A DNA stretch of 64,000 bases from the IMG/VR virus record IMGVR_UViG_3300028809_000012, positions 942-64,941 of that record; one strand, written 5' to 3'. The position numbers were made by a program, and so were the translations under genes. The notes below the pieces were generated by a model that was not told the origin of the DNA, ran no database searches, and worked only from the letters and a program-made list of their open reading frames with translations. This stretch comes from a virus (taxonomy: Duplodnaviria > Caudoviricetes). Positions 1-9,471 of the stretch are shown piece by piece (position 1 is the stretch's first letter; each line of letters opens with the position of its first letter).

Positions 1-1
1 T

Positions 2-391
2 CTGATCGCCACGGGCAAGCCCTACGTCATCGAGAACGTACCCGGCGCCCCGCTGCGGGATGCCGTCACGCTGTGCGGCTCGATGTTCGGGCTGCGAGTT
101 CGGAGGCACCGGCTCTTTGAGTCCTCCGTCATGCTCGCTGCTCCGTCCAACTGCCGCCACAAGGAGCAAGGCCGGCCGGTGGGGGTCTACCACCGCCTCA
201 ACGACAGCATTCCGGGTGGCGGCAGAACGGCCGCCACCATGGAGGAGGCGATGGAGGCCATGGGCATCGGCTGGAAGATGCGGGTCAAGGACATCTTCGA
301 GGCCATTCCTCCCGCCTATGCGCGGTGCATCGGGGAGCAGTTAATCTCGTATCTGGAACGGACGGCGACGATGAGCGCTGAGGCCGCATGA
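2..391 (+). CDS. DNA cytosine-5 methyltransferase, C-terminal part (5' end outside window)
   Basis: Frame from nt 2 reads LIATGKPYVIENVPGAPL...LCGSMFGLRVRRHRLFES...EAIPPAY: ENV (motif VI), RxR (VIII) and motif X of phage C5-MTases. Confidence 0.8.
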   Translation: MIATGKPYVIENVPGAPLRDAVTLCGSMFGLRVRRHRLFESSVMLAAPSNCRHKEQGRPVGVYHRLNDSIPGGGRTAATMEEAMEAMGIGWKMRVKDIFEAIPPAYARCIGEQLISYLERTATMSAEAA

Positions 392-2190
392 GCGAGGCGA
401 TCCAGGTTGCGGACCTTGCCGGGCTGCGCGCCCTGCTGGTGGACGATATTCGCCGCAGGCCCGAGCTGAAGCCGATGCCAGGACCGAACGGCCTGCTCCG
501 CTTTCGCTGCCCGCTGGTGGCCCACGACGATACGACCGCGTCCGCCATGCTGGGCGAGTACGGTTGGAAGTGCAGCGGGTGCGGTGGTCAGGGGAGTGGA
601 CGCCTGATGGGGCTGGCCGACGCGCTGGGAATCGAGGTGAGCATCCGCCAGCATCGCGGCTACACGGTGGACGACTACGCGGCGGAGAAGGGATTGCCAG
701 CGGACCGGCTGGAGTCGTGGGGCGTGGTGTCCGAAGTGGGCAAGTTCGGATCGCCCGTGGTGTACATCCCCTATTATGGGCCGGACGGCGCGCTCCTGCG
801 CCGCCGCCTGCGCCTCCAGAAGCGGCCGGGGAAGAAGAACCAATATTGGGAGGGCGAGGGCGGCAGCATCCCCGGCTGCTACGGGCTCTGGATGCTACCC
901 AAGATCGCGTCGGATGCCCCTGTGTTCCTCGTGGAAGGGGAGACGGACACGCAGGCCCTCTGGTGTGCCGGAATCATGGCCTTGGGCCTTCCGGGGGCCG
1001 ATACGTGGTCGCACTGCCGGGAAGCCGTGCTTCCCTTCCTGAAGGACCGCGAGGTCTACGTGTGGGAGGAGCCGGACGGCGGCGGCGCAATCATGGTGCG
1101 CTCCATCGCCGCTGACCTGCCGGGCGCCAAGGTGATCCGCGCCGCGGCGGCGGGCGCCAAGGACCCCTGTGCGCTGCGCCAGCAGAACCCGGACGGTTTC
1201 CGTGCTCGCATGGAAGGGTTGATGCGGGCCGCGGAGAAGATCGGCACGCCCAAGCCACCGTTCGCCTTCGACTCGTTGGTTGGCGATACGTTGGAGCGCA
1301 TGGCGGAGGAGCGGGAATGTCCGCTGGACGTGGTTCCCACGCCGTGGGCCAAGTGGTCTGAAGCCTGTGGCGACGAGGGCGGCGAGACGGGTTTGGCGCA
1401 CGGCTGGTACGTGGTGATCGGCGGCGGGCAGGGTGGACGCAAGTCTATGCTGGCGCAGAACTGTGCCGCCACCGCCTTCATGCACGGCGAGCGCGTGGGC
1501 TTCGTCTCCATGGAGATGTCGCAGGGCCAGAACGCCGGCCGGTTCCTGCCCATGATCGCGGACGTGACGGCGGCGGAGCTTGGCTACGGCGAGCGCTTCA
1601 ACCGTGCGACGTGGGACGCCGCCGCCGAGCGGATGGCGATCATCATGGAGGAGACGGGCGCCGACATCAAAACGAACCGCGAGTTGCTGCGCAGTGTAGA
1701 CGATGTGACATCGTCCATACTGCACCTGTGGGAATACGGCGGCTGCCGCACCTTCGTGGTGGACTATCTCCAGCTCTTGTGGATGCTTTCACAGGGCGTG
1801 GAGAAGAAGGTGCACGAGCACGCCATCGCTGGTTCGCAGTCGCTCTTCCGGCTGGCGAAAGAGCAACGTCTGTTGATCTTCGGTCTATCGCAGCTCACCA
1901 ACGAGGCCGCGAAGAAGAAGGAGACGCCAGTGATGCAGGATCTCTACGGGGGCATGCAGATGGCCGCCGATCCGGACCAGATCATCATCCCCGACCACTC
2001 CCGCGTCCGGCCGGTCACGGAGAGCATCAACCTGCACGGCAACGGCCACGCCTACCCCACCGGGGACGTGGATAGCGTGGCGGTGCTCGCGAAGAACCGC
2101 CACGGCCCGACACTGGAAGTGCCCTTTCGCTTCAACCGCCGCAACCTCCGGATTACGCAGCGCCACGTACAGGAAGGTGAAGAATGGTAA
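388..2190 (+). CDS. Primase-helicase (Zn-binding + TOPRIM + DnaB-like SF4 helicase)
   Basis: N-terminal C/H/CxxC, TOPRIM LVEGETD...EPDGGG, Walker A-like GGQGGRKS, VSMEM, VVDYLQL, LSQL, KNRHGP. Confidence 0.88.
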   Translation: MSEAIQVADLAGLRALLVDDIRRRPELKPMPGPNGLLRFRCPLVAHDDTTASAMLGEYGWKCSGCGGQGSGRLMGLADALGIEVSIRQHRGYTVDDYAAEKGLPADRLESWGVVSEVGKFGSPVVYIPYYGPDGALLRRRLRLQKRPGKKNQYWEGEGGSIPGCYGLWMLPKIASDAPVFLVEGETDTQALWCAGIMALGLPGADTWSHCREAVLPFLKDREVYVWEEPDGGGAIMVRSIAADLPGAKVIRAAAAGAKDPCALRQQNPDGFRARMEGLMRAAEKIGTPKPPFAFDSLVGDTLERMAEERECPLDVVPTPWAKWSEACGDEGGETGLAHGWYVVIGGGQGGRKSMLAQNCAATAFMHGERVGFVSMEMSQGQNAGRFLPMIADVTAAELGYGERFNRATWDAAAERMAIIMEETGADIKTNRELLRSVDDVTSSILHLWEYGGCRTFVVDYLQLLWMLSQGVEKKVHEHAIAGSQSLFRLAKEQRLLIFGLSQLTNEAAKKKETPVMQDLYGGMQMAADPDQIIIPDHSRVRPVTESINLHGNGHAYPTGDVDSVAVLAKNRHGPTLEVPFRFNRRNLRITQRHVQEGEEW

Positions 2191-2612
2191 AGCGAAACGT
2201 GGTGGTGGTGACGGGCGGGCGCGGCTACGCCGACCGAGGCGCAGTGTTCTTGGCGCTCAGTCAATTGCACAAAGGGCGCCCTATCACACTTTTAGTGCAT
2301 GGCGGTGCGCCGGGAGCGGACGCGCTCGCCAAGGAGTGGGCCGAACACGCTGGAGTGATGCTGATGGAGTTTCCCGCTGACTGGGAGAAGTACGGAAGGC
2401 GCGCAGGCCCGATCCGCAATCGGGAAATGCTTAAGGAATCGTATCCTGATTTAGTGGTTGCGTTTCCCGGAGGGAAGGGCACTGCGTCTACCGTGGGATA
2501 TGCGGAGGAGATGGGATATCCGGTTTGGCGCCCATGCCAGGAAGCGATTGCGTTCGGTCTGTTCACAAACCGAGCGAGCGTTATTGTGATTGGACCGTCC
2601 CACCCTACATGA
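2184..2612 (+). CDS. SLOG-family (YspA/DUF2493-like) protein
   Basis: VVVTGGRGY, VHGGAPGADALA, ADWEKYGRRAGPIRNREML, AFPGGKGT. Confidence 0.85.
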   Translation: MVKRNVVVVTGGRGYADRGAVFLALSQLHKGRPITLLVHGGAPGADALAKEWAEHAGVMLMEFPADWEKYGRRAGPIRNREMLKESYPDLVVAFPGGKGTASTVGYAEEMGYPVWRPCQEAIAFGLFTNRASVIVIGPSHPT

Positions 2613-3184
2613 CCGTTGCCATGACTCCACCGCAAACATACCTCCCCTACTCCCCGCTGTCTCGCGAAGAGATCGTCGTCGTCGTGGAACGCGTACTCGC
2701 CCGTTTTGGCGAGTTGACCATGGACGCCGAGATCACCGCAGCTCTCTATCCGTCCGGCGCCCCGTGGCGCTGGGCGGACTGGAGCCCCGACGCCGAAGCC
2801 ATCTACATGGAGGCCATCGAACTGTTCTGCCGGCGGCGGAAGGAGACGATGCGGCGGCCAGTGCTGATGCAGCCGGAGGACAATCGCCCCAGCCGCAGGC
2901 GCCATGTGATAACCACGGACGAGGGCTGGCGGGCGGTCAACGAGAGTCTGCGAGAGTCCATAGAAAATCGCCTGACGTGGCCCGACCTTGGACGCAGGCT
3001 GGGCGTCCACCCCCGTGCTGCCGAACACCTTCTGAAAGGGCGGCTGGGATTCCGCTTCACCGGCCGTTACCAGACGCGCGAGATTGTACAAGGCCCCTGC
3101 ATGGAATGCGGCAAGCTGCATCCGATGGGGCAGATTGATCGCCACCGCCACGGCCCCTGCTGCGCCGCCAAACAAGCCGCTTGA
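2609..3184 (+). CDS. Hypothetical protein with possible HTH and C-terminal CxxC
   Basis: ATG overlaps upstream stop; LTWPDLGRRLGVHPRAAEHLL HTH-like; CMECG. Confidence 0.5.
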   Translation: MTVAMTPPQTYLPYSPLSREEIVVVVERVLARFGELTMDAEITAALYPSGAPWRWADWSPDAEAIYMEAIELFCRRRKETMRRPVLMQPEDNRPSRRRHVITTDEGWRAVNESLRESIENRLTWPDLGRRLGVHPRAAEHLLKGRLGFRFTGRYQTREIVQGPCMECGKLHPMGQIDRHRHGPCCAAKQAA

Positions 3185-3209
3185 CTTCCCCTGCGGATTA
3201 GAATAGATT
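3181..3209 (+). promoter_or_regulatory. Sigma70-type promoter TTGACT-N17-TAGATT
   Basis: ttgact tcccctgcggattagaa tagatt upstream of GGAGG RBS and ATG 3251. Confidence 0.6.
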
Positions 3210-3250
3210 GCTATGAGTGAGAAGTAGCAACCTATTCCCCGGAGGAGCAA

Positions 3251-3406
3251 ATGGAAGAGCTGTCGATTGTGCAGGCGGCCGAACGCGCGCTGGAAGTCGC
3301 GGAGTCGTGGATCAACGACCAGTTGCAGGGTACGTCCGACTTCGAAAAGGCTTTGGCTGAGTTAGAGCCCGTACGCCGCGCTATCGCCCGGTTTCGGGGG
3401 GCGTGA
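3251..3406 (+). CDS. Small hypothetical protein (51 aa)
   Basis: GGAGGAG RBS; MEELSIVQAAERALEVAESWINDQ...; stop overlaps helicase start. Confidence 0.6.
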   Translation: MEELSIVQAAERALEVAESWINDQLQGTSDFEKALAELEPVRRAIARFRGA

Positions 3407-6273
3407 TGGCAACGGCGCAGCTCACGGCGGGAGATCGCGTGGAATTGGGGCTCCCTGCATGGCTCGCCAAGGACAAGGGTATCGCCAGCCGTGAGATTGC
3501 CGCCGAGATCATCCGTGTAACCCCGGCCGCGGTGCAGGTTCGCGCGCACGTGCTGGTGCGTGAGTGCGAGTTCTGCCAGCGCTGCGGTCGCGACATCGAC
3601 AATCCCGCCTCCCGCCTGTTGGGATTTGGCTCCGACTGTTCCAAGGAGTTGGGTCTTCCTCACGCCGAAATCTACGCCGCGATGAGCCCCGCCGAGCGGG
3701 AGTCCATCCGGAACCGCGTTGCCACCGAATCCACAATCGAATGCTGGTTGCCGCGCAAGTGCGTGGAGCTGCGTTCCCATCAACCCAAGGAATCCGATGC
3801 TGGACAGGGAGCAGGTGAAGGCGGCGCTTCAATCGGCAGTGGCGATGGTGTTACGTCAAATAGAGTTGACGAGATTCGGTCCACCGGAAGCGGCGCCCGG
3901 CGCACGAATTCGGGAGATGAATGGATGGATCGACGGGGAGACGGACAAGTTGATGAATCTGTTGTATCCCGAGAGCAAGAGATAAGGCATTTCCAATCCA
4001 AGGAGAAATGTGAAAACAGCGATTTGTCCGCGTTGTCGGCAGCGAGTGGCGCTGACCGGAGACTGGACTTTTGTGAACCATTACTGGCCCGAGCAGGAAG
4101 CGAGGAATCGGTTGATGGAATCTCCGCAGTGCTCCCAAAGTGGGAAGGCGGTGAAGGCACGGAAGCCAAAAGGGACGCAATCAGAGAACAAGAGTTAGAG
4201 CGGCAGGACCGCGAGCGCTGGGCCAAGGCGGACGCATATCTCAGCGATCTGGAGCGCGTAGCAGCGGCGCGGGCCACGTGGGAGCGGAAGGAGCCCAAGG
4301 CAGAAACCGAAGCTCTGCCTCGTCCCAATTCCCGCCGGGTGATTTGGGGTGGTGAGCGCTTCCACGTCGTTTTCCCGTACAGCGCGGCGCTGGTTACGGC
4401 GATCAAGCAGGTGCCGGGCGCGCGCTGGATCAACGCTCAGAAGGTGTGGGAGGTGTCGGAGTTGGCCGGCGCGGAACTGCTGCGTTTTGCCGCCCAGCAC
4501 GGTTTCGAGGTGGAGGCGGAAGCACTGGGGCGCGCGGAGTCTGCGGGCCAGCGCGCGCAGGCCAACCTTGAAGAAAGCCGCCTGCCCGACACTGAATTCC
4601 ACGTGGACAACCTCGGCGGCACGCTGCGCCCCTTCCAGCGCGTTGGCGTCTCGTACGCGTCCCGGCAGCGTCGGGTCATCATCGCGGATGAGATGAGGCT
4701 TGGCAAGTCGATGCAGGCATTGGCGACTCTCTGCCACACCGAGTCCTACCCCGCCCTGCTGGTGGTGCCTGCCACCTTGAAGCCCGCGTGGCGTCGTGAG
4801 GCGGAGCGGTGGCTTCCCGGTCGTACGGTGGCTGTGCTGGAGGGCAAGGCGCCGCGGGAGCCGGACAACTGGATCGAAGTGGAGCCCGTGCTGCGCTACG
4901 CCGAGCGGCACGCGGAGTGGTTTGCCGGCTGCATGCGTCAACTCCGCAGCGCCGAAATTCTCATCATCAATTACGACATCCTGATGGATTGGGCCGGCGT
5001 GCGCTGGACCGTGAACGAGCGCGGCAAGCGTATCGTGGATACCTGCGATGGCCCGCTGGCGGCGATGCTGTTCCGTGGGCTGGTTTGCGACGAGTTCCAC
5101 CGCCACGTGCTGGGGCGAAAGGCGCAGCGCACGTTGGTGCTCCAGTACCTTGCGGCACAGTGGAGGACGGAGTGCCGGGAGCGGATGCATGATATGGTGC
5201 AGCTACTCCTTTCCGGCACGCCGATGCGCAAGCAGGCCGCCGACCTGATCCAGCCGCTCCAGATCATCGACCGGCTGGACGACCTTGGCGGTTGGTATCA
5301 GTTCGCCACCCGCTACTGCGGCTATGCCGGCGGAGTGATGGGGAGCGTGCGAGTGCCGCCGGAGGCCATGGTGGAGTTGAACCAGCGGCTCCGGAGCGTC
5401 TGCATGGTCCGGCGGAGGCGCCGGGACGTGTACGCGGAGATTCCCAAGGTGGAGCGCCACGTCGTGCCCTTCGCCATCAACAACCGCGCCGAGTACCAGA
5501 AAGCGGAACAGGACGTGGCGGGCTGGGCGGCGGACCATGCGCTGAAGGACGTTGAGTTCAACCGCTCGCTGGAGGGGATGAGCCCGGAGCAGCGCCGGGA
5601 GGCGCGCAAGGCGAGGGCGCAGGATGCCGCCTACCGGGCGATGCGGGCGGAGGGGCTGGTGCGTATCTCGGCGCTGAAGCGGCTGGCCGCACACGGCAAG
5701 ATGGCCGGGGTGACGGAGTGGATCAAGGAGTTCATGGAGGAGTCTGGCGAAAAGCTGATCGTCGGTGCGTGGCATCAGGAGATCGTGGAGGAGGTGGCCC
5801 GCAGGTTCAGCGCCCCCTACATCCACGGCGGGGTGTCGGCGGGGAAGAAGGACGAGGCGGTGACGCTGTTCCAGCGCTGCGCGGCGTGCGGCAGGTCGCA
5901 CGAGCTGCACTATGCCGCGGACTTCCCCTGCCCGGCGTACCGGATGGACGCGGCTACGCCGCTGATCGCCATCAACTTCCAGAGCGGCGGCATGGGTCTG
6001 ACCCTGACCGCAGCCAACGATACCGCCATTGTGGAGCTGGGGTGGACGCCGGACGACATGGACCAGTTGGAGATGCGGGTGGGGCACATCGACAAGCCCG
6101 ATCCCGCGAACCACTGGTATCTGCTGGCGGAGGGGACCATTGAGGAGGACATCATGGCGATCCTGGATCGCAGGCGGCAGGAGGTGTCCGCCGCCACGGA
6201 CGGGGACGCTGCCGAGGAGGACCGCGGGATGATGCAGGAGTTGCTGGCGCGCATGGCCGCACGTGCGGCGTGA
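3406..6273 (+). CDS. SNF2/SWI2-family helicase with N-terminal Zn (DUF6011-like) and HARP-like domains
   Basis: CQRCGR..GFGSDC; FPYSAALVTAIKQVPGARW; LRPFQ, IADEMRLGKS, VVPATL, NYD, DEFH, LSGTP, GLTLTAA, WTP..MDQLEMRV. Confidence 0.88.
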   Translation: MATAQLTAGDRVELGLPAWLAKDKGIASREIAAEIIRVTPAAVQVRAHVLVRECEFCQRCGRDIDNPASRLLGFGSDCSKELGLPHAEIYAAMSPAERESIRNRVATESTIECWLPRKCVELRSHQPKESDAGQGAGEGGASIGSGDGVTSNRVDEIRSTGSGARRTNSGDEWMDRRGDGQVDESVVSREQEIRHFQSKEKCENSDLSALSAASGADRRLDFCEPLLARAGSEESVDGISAVLPKWEGGEGTEAKRDAIREQELERQDRERWAKADAYLSDLERVAAARATWERKEPKAETEALPRPNSRRVIWGGERFHVVFPYSAALVTAIKQVPGARWINAQKVWEVSELAGAELLRFAAQHGFEVEAEALGRAESAGQRAQANLEESRLPDTEFHVDNLGGTLRPFQRVGVSYASRQRRVIIADEMRLGKSMQALATLCHTESYPALLVVPATLKPAWRREAERWLPGRTVAVLEGKAPREPDNWIEVEPVLRYAERHAEWFAGCMRQLRSAEILIINYDILMDWAGVRWTVNERGKRIVDTCDGPLAAMLFRGLVCDEFHRHVLGRKAQRTLVLQYLAAQWRTECRERMHDMVQLLLSGTPMRKQAADLIQPLQIIDRLDDLGGWYQFATRYCGYAGGVMGSVRVPPEAMVELNQRLRSVCMVRRRRRDVYAEIPKVERHVVPFAINNRAEYQKAEQDVAGWAADHALKDVEFNRSLEGMSPEQRREARKARAQDAAYRAMRAEGLVRISALKRLAAHGKMAGVTEWIKEFMEESGEKLIVGAWHQEIVEEVARRFSAPYIHGGVSAGKKDEAVTLFQRCAACGRSHELHYAADFPCPAYRMDAATPLIAINFQSGGMGLTLTAANDTAIVELGWTPDDMDQLEMRVGHIDKPDPANHWYLLAEGTIEEDIMAILDRRRQEVSAATDGDAAEEDRGMMQELLARMAARAA

Positions 6274-6297
6274 GATTCTTAAAGGGAGACGAGACAG

Positions 6298-6672
6298 ATG
6301 ATCGTTCGATACGTGGAGTATCTGCATCCGGGCTTGCTGTTCTCCGAAAACAGCTATGTGAAGTTTCCCGAAGGAGGGTTGACCGGTAAGCGACCGCACA
6401 CCTTCGGATATCGATTGGTGGAGCGCGAGGAGGTGGAAGGAGAATCCGGAGAGCTTACGGGCGAATGGAAGGTGTGCTCGCCATGGACCATGCACGGGCG
6501 TGAGGAGACGGTGGAGGAAATCCGAGAGAGGGCGGATCCGAACGAAAGAATCCTGCTGTCCAACATGGAATGCAACGGGTATAAGCGAGTGTGCAGGACG
6601 GAGTACGGGCAGGCGATCCCGTTGAAGGATGACGATGTTGTGGTTGGCGACGGGGGAGGGGAAGATGAATAA
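6298..6672 (+). CDS. Hypothetical phage protein
   Basis: RBS plus 124-aa ORF in operon context. Confidence 0.6.
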   Translation: MIVRYVEYLHPGLLFSENSYVKFPEGGLTGKRPHTFGYRLVEREEVEGESGELTGEWKVCSPWTMHGREETVEEIRERADPNERILLSNMECNGYKRVCRTEYGQAIPLKDDDVVVGDGGGEDE

Positions 6673-6910
6673 ATGGAAGCACGACGGCGCGAACCCGTTT
6701 GGCGTTGATGGAATCATAACAAGGGCACTGCTTGGCAGTGTGATGGGCGCGGTGGTGGGGATGAAGGTGAGCGGGAATCTGGATTGGTCGTGGTGGTGGG
6801 TGTTGTCTCCGGTCTGGATTCCGCTAGTAGTGTGGGCGTTGTGCTGGTTGATCGCTATCGGCGCGTGGTTGATGGAGGGAGCGGCGGACATGAAAAGGAG
6901 GAAGCGGTGA
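6665..6910 (+). CDS. Small membrane protein
   Basis: Hydrophobic, with KVSGNLDWSWWWVLSPVWIP motif common in phage membrane proteins. Confidence 0.6.
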   Translation: MNKWKHDGANPFGVDGIITRALLGSVMGAVVGMKVSGNLDWSWWWVLSPVWIPLVVWALCWLIAIGAWLMEGAADMKRRKR

Positions 6911-8082
6911 AATTCACAGCCAACGCGAGTTCGTTTTCGTCCGCCCTCGCCCTCGTGATGCGGAGCATCAACCCCCGCCTGTCCATCACCGCTGGACGGG
7001 GCGTGTTCATCGAGGCGTCCGGAGGGTACGTGACGCTGACCGGGACGGACATCCAGACCGCCGCCCGCGTGCGGGTCGCGGCGACGGTACGCCATCCGGG
7101 ACGGCTGCTGCTGGGCGCGCACATGCTGGCGGAGGCGCTGCGCAAGCCGAGCGGGCTGGAGGTGTCGTTCGCGGTGGAGGGCAAGGGGATGGTGGCAATC
7201 GCTGTGGGCCGCAGTCGGTACGAGATCCCGCAGATGGACGTGGACGATTTCCCGCCGGTGGGTGGCGCCCCGGACGACCCGATCCTGTACGTGCCGGGGG
7301 AGTACCTGCACCTCGCCGCGGACCACGTGGCGTTCGCGGTTGCGACCCCGGACATGGGACGGCCGGCGCTGCTGGGGATGGCGCTGCGCTTCAAGCCCAC
7401 GCACATGCAGGTCATCGCCGGGGACAGCGCCGTGTTCGCGGAGCTTCAGGTTCCGTACGAGGGCGGCCGGCAGCCGGAGCCGGGGACCGAAATCAGCCTG
7501 CTGCCTCCGTCCGTCGCCAACATCCAGCGCTTCTTTGAGCCGCTGGACTCGGTGGGAGTCTCCGTGCACAAGGGCTGGGCCTCATTCCGGGCCGGCGACC
7601 GGGAGTACCACGCCAAGACGCTCGCCGAGTTGTTCCCCTCCGCCGTGGACGACGTGTTCAACCGCGCGCGCCAGCAGCTCTGTTCCTGGATCGAGGTGGA
7701 GCGCAAGCCGCTGATCGAAGCGTTGATGCGAATGGACGTTGTGGCGAGTGGTGAGGACATCCACCCGGTCCGTTTCGCGGTGTGCCATGCCAAGGAGCTG
7801 CACCTGTACAGCGCCACCCGCAACGGCCGCGCGCGCGATCTGGTGGACGTGGAGGGCGACGGGCCGGACTTCACCTGCGGCATCAACGCCAAGCAGATGC
7901 TCGCCCTGCTGGACAAGGTGCCGGGGGACAAGGTGCGGATCGACCTGCCCGGCCATCCCGGCCAGCCGCTCATCATCACCCCGGCCGCAGTGCCGGAGGG
8001 CTCGCCGCCCTACACGCTGCTGCTGGCGCCCCTGCACCCCGCCTCCCCGACCGCGGCATCCACGATGGCAGGTCCGCAGTAA
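6907..8082 (+). CDS. dnaN: DNA polymerase III beta sliding clamp homologue
   Basis: LTGTDIQ, DDFPPV, VAFAVA..MGRPALLG, INAKQMLALL..V..DKVRIDL...PLII, LLAPL; GTG start after GGAG. Confidence 0.85.
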   Translation: MKFTANASSFSSALALVMRSINPRLSITAGRGVFIEASGGYVTLTGTDIQTAARVRVAATVRHPGRLLLGAHMLAEALRKPSGLEVSFAVEGKGMVAIAVGRSRYEIPQMDVDDFPPVGGAPDDPILYVPGEYLHLAADHVAFAVATPDMGRPALLGMALRFKPTHMQVIAGDSAVFAELQVPYEGGRQPEPGTEISLLPPSVANIQRFFEPLDSVGVSVHKGWASFRAGDREYHAKTLAELFPSAVDDVFNRARQQLCSWIEVERKPLIEALMRMDVVASGEDIHPVRFAVCHAKELHLYSATRNGRARDLVDVEGDGPDFTCGINAKQMLALLDKVPGDKVRIDLPGHPGQPLIITPAAVPEGSPPYTLLLAPLHPASPTAASTMAGPQ

Positions 8083-8090
8083 CGAGACAC

Positions 8091-8119
8091 TTGCGCTGAG
8101 TTATGCAGTGATGTAAGTT
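8091..8119 (+). promoter_or_regulatory. Promoter TTGCGC-N17-TAAGTT upstream of the Tas-like gene
   Basis: AT-rich intergenic; shares GATGTAAGTT with the promoter at 63350; a second TATACT at 8142. Confidence 0.5.
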
Positions 8120-8173
8120 GGTTATGTCGCAGTGCAATTTGTATACTACCAACCGGAAGCAAGGAAACCGAAG

Positions 8174-9463
8174 ATGAGCACCATCGAGAGGGAAGCGCTG
8201 AAGGAGCTGGCAAGCGGGGAGCGTACGGACGTGACGTTCTTCTCGTCGCGCCACGGAGCCGCCGTGGCCGGGAGGGACGAGGATTGGGCCGATCTGTCGG
8301 CGCGTACGTCCAATGCGCTGCGCAGCGAAGGCTTTGCCACACCCGGCGCGGCTGCGCGACTGTCGGACGAAGCGCTGCTGCTGATTCGCGGATTCGGCAA
8401 GAAGGGGCTGGAGGAACTGCGGACGTGGAGCCAGTATCCGCAGAGTAGGCATTCTGCTTTTGTTGCGGGTCTTGCCATGGAGATGGAGGAAAGGACGGCC
8501 CGTGGCGAGTTTGATCTGGATTCTTTCCCGTCCTCCGCCCCCGAGGCGCCCCCGCAGTCCGAGAACGACCGCATGCTGCGATTCCTCGCGGACGGCTATG
8601 AGCAGGCGCAGCGGAAGCGGATCGGGTGCGGCGAGCAGATTCGCGCTGTGCTTCAGGGCCGTGACGAGACGTGGGGTGAGGGGACGGAAGAGATCGCGGG
8701 AGTGGAGGAGATGCTGGGCGCCATCGCCAGCGGCGAGGAGAGCGGGCCGGTGCCGATCTTGGGTCGCATGTACCACCGGGCGTGGTCCGAGGAGCAGGAG
8801 CTTCGCAAGGAGATGGAGCGCGCGCTGAAGCATCACGTCTGCTGGCCGTGGCTGTCGCAGGTGAAGGGGATCGGTCCCACGCTCGCGTGCAAGCTGCTGG
8901 CGCGGCTGGACCCCCGGAAGGCGACCACGGTGTCCGCGTTTTGGGCGTACGCGGGCCTCGCCACGGTGCCCGGTGAGCGCTACGCCTGCGCTGCCTGCGG
9001 CATGACGCGGGACTGGCCGGTGGGGTACAACGTGACCGGCAAGCATCAGGCGCTTGGCAGCACCGCCTCGTGCACGGGCTCGCTGGTGAGGGTGGCCGGA
9101 CCGGAGGATGGCGTGCGGGCGGCCCAGCCCAAGCCGGCGCGAGGACAGAAGTCCACCTACGACGCGTACGTGAAGAAGCAGATGTACCTTGTGGGCACCG
9201 GCTTCCTGAAGGTTCCGCGGGGCAAGTACGAGCAGGTGTACCGCGCCGAGCGGGCGAAGCTGGACCGTGAGCGCGTGGGCTGGGCGGACGGGCGCAAGCA
9301 CCTGACGGCACTGCGCAAGACGGAAAAGCTGTTCCTGTCGCATCTCTGGCAGGTTTGGCGTGAAGCGCTGGGCCTGCCGGTGGGGATGCCCTACGCCATC
9401 TCCGTGCTGGGCCATTCCGAGGCGTCGTACGTGGGGCCGTGGCAGATGGTAGGGCGGGACTGA
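8174..9463 (+). CDS. Tas-like (IS110/Nop-fold) RNA-binding protein with N-terminal RNAP alpha-CTD-like domain and Zn-ribbon insert
   Basis: AAGGA RBS at 8161; LSARTSNALRSEG...LSDEALLLIRGFGKKGLEELR (alpha-CTD-like); WLSQVKGIGPTLACKLLA...SAFWAYAGL...YEQVYRAERAKL...HLTALRKTEKLFLSHLWQVWR (IS110 C-terminal/Nop-like); no DEDD RuvC; dual-repeat array directly downstream. Confidence 0.8.
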   Translation: MSTIEREALKELASGERTDVTFFSSRHGAAVAGRDEDWADLSARTSNALRSEGFATPGAAARLSDEALLLIRGFGKKGLEELRTWSQYPQSRHSAFVAGLAMEMEERTARGEFDLDSFPSSAPEAPPQSENDRMLRFLADGYEQAQRKRIGCGEQIRAVLQGRDETWGEGTEEIAGVEEMLGAIASGEESGPVPILGRMYHRAWSEEQELRKEMERALKHHVCWPWLSQVKGIGPTLACKLLARLDPRKATTVSAFWAYAGLATVPGERYACAACGMTRDWPVGYNVTGKHQALGSTASCTGSLVRVAGPEDGVRAAQPKPARGQKSTYDAYVKKQMYLVGTGFLKVPRGKYEQVYRAERAKLDRERVGWADGRKHLTALRKTEKLFLSHLWQVWREALGLPVGMPYAISVLGHSEASYVGPWQMVGRD

Positions 9464-9471
9464 GGTTGTGG

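Noticed and set aside
8132-9463. IS110 transposase / insertion sequence
   Set aside because: No N-terminal DEDD RuvC domain or catalytic serine loop, and no element ends; the adjacent dual-repeat array fits a Tas-like gene better
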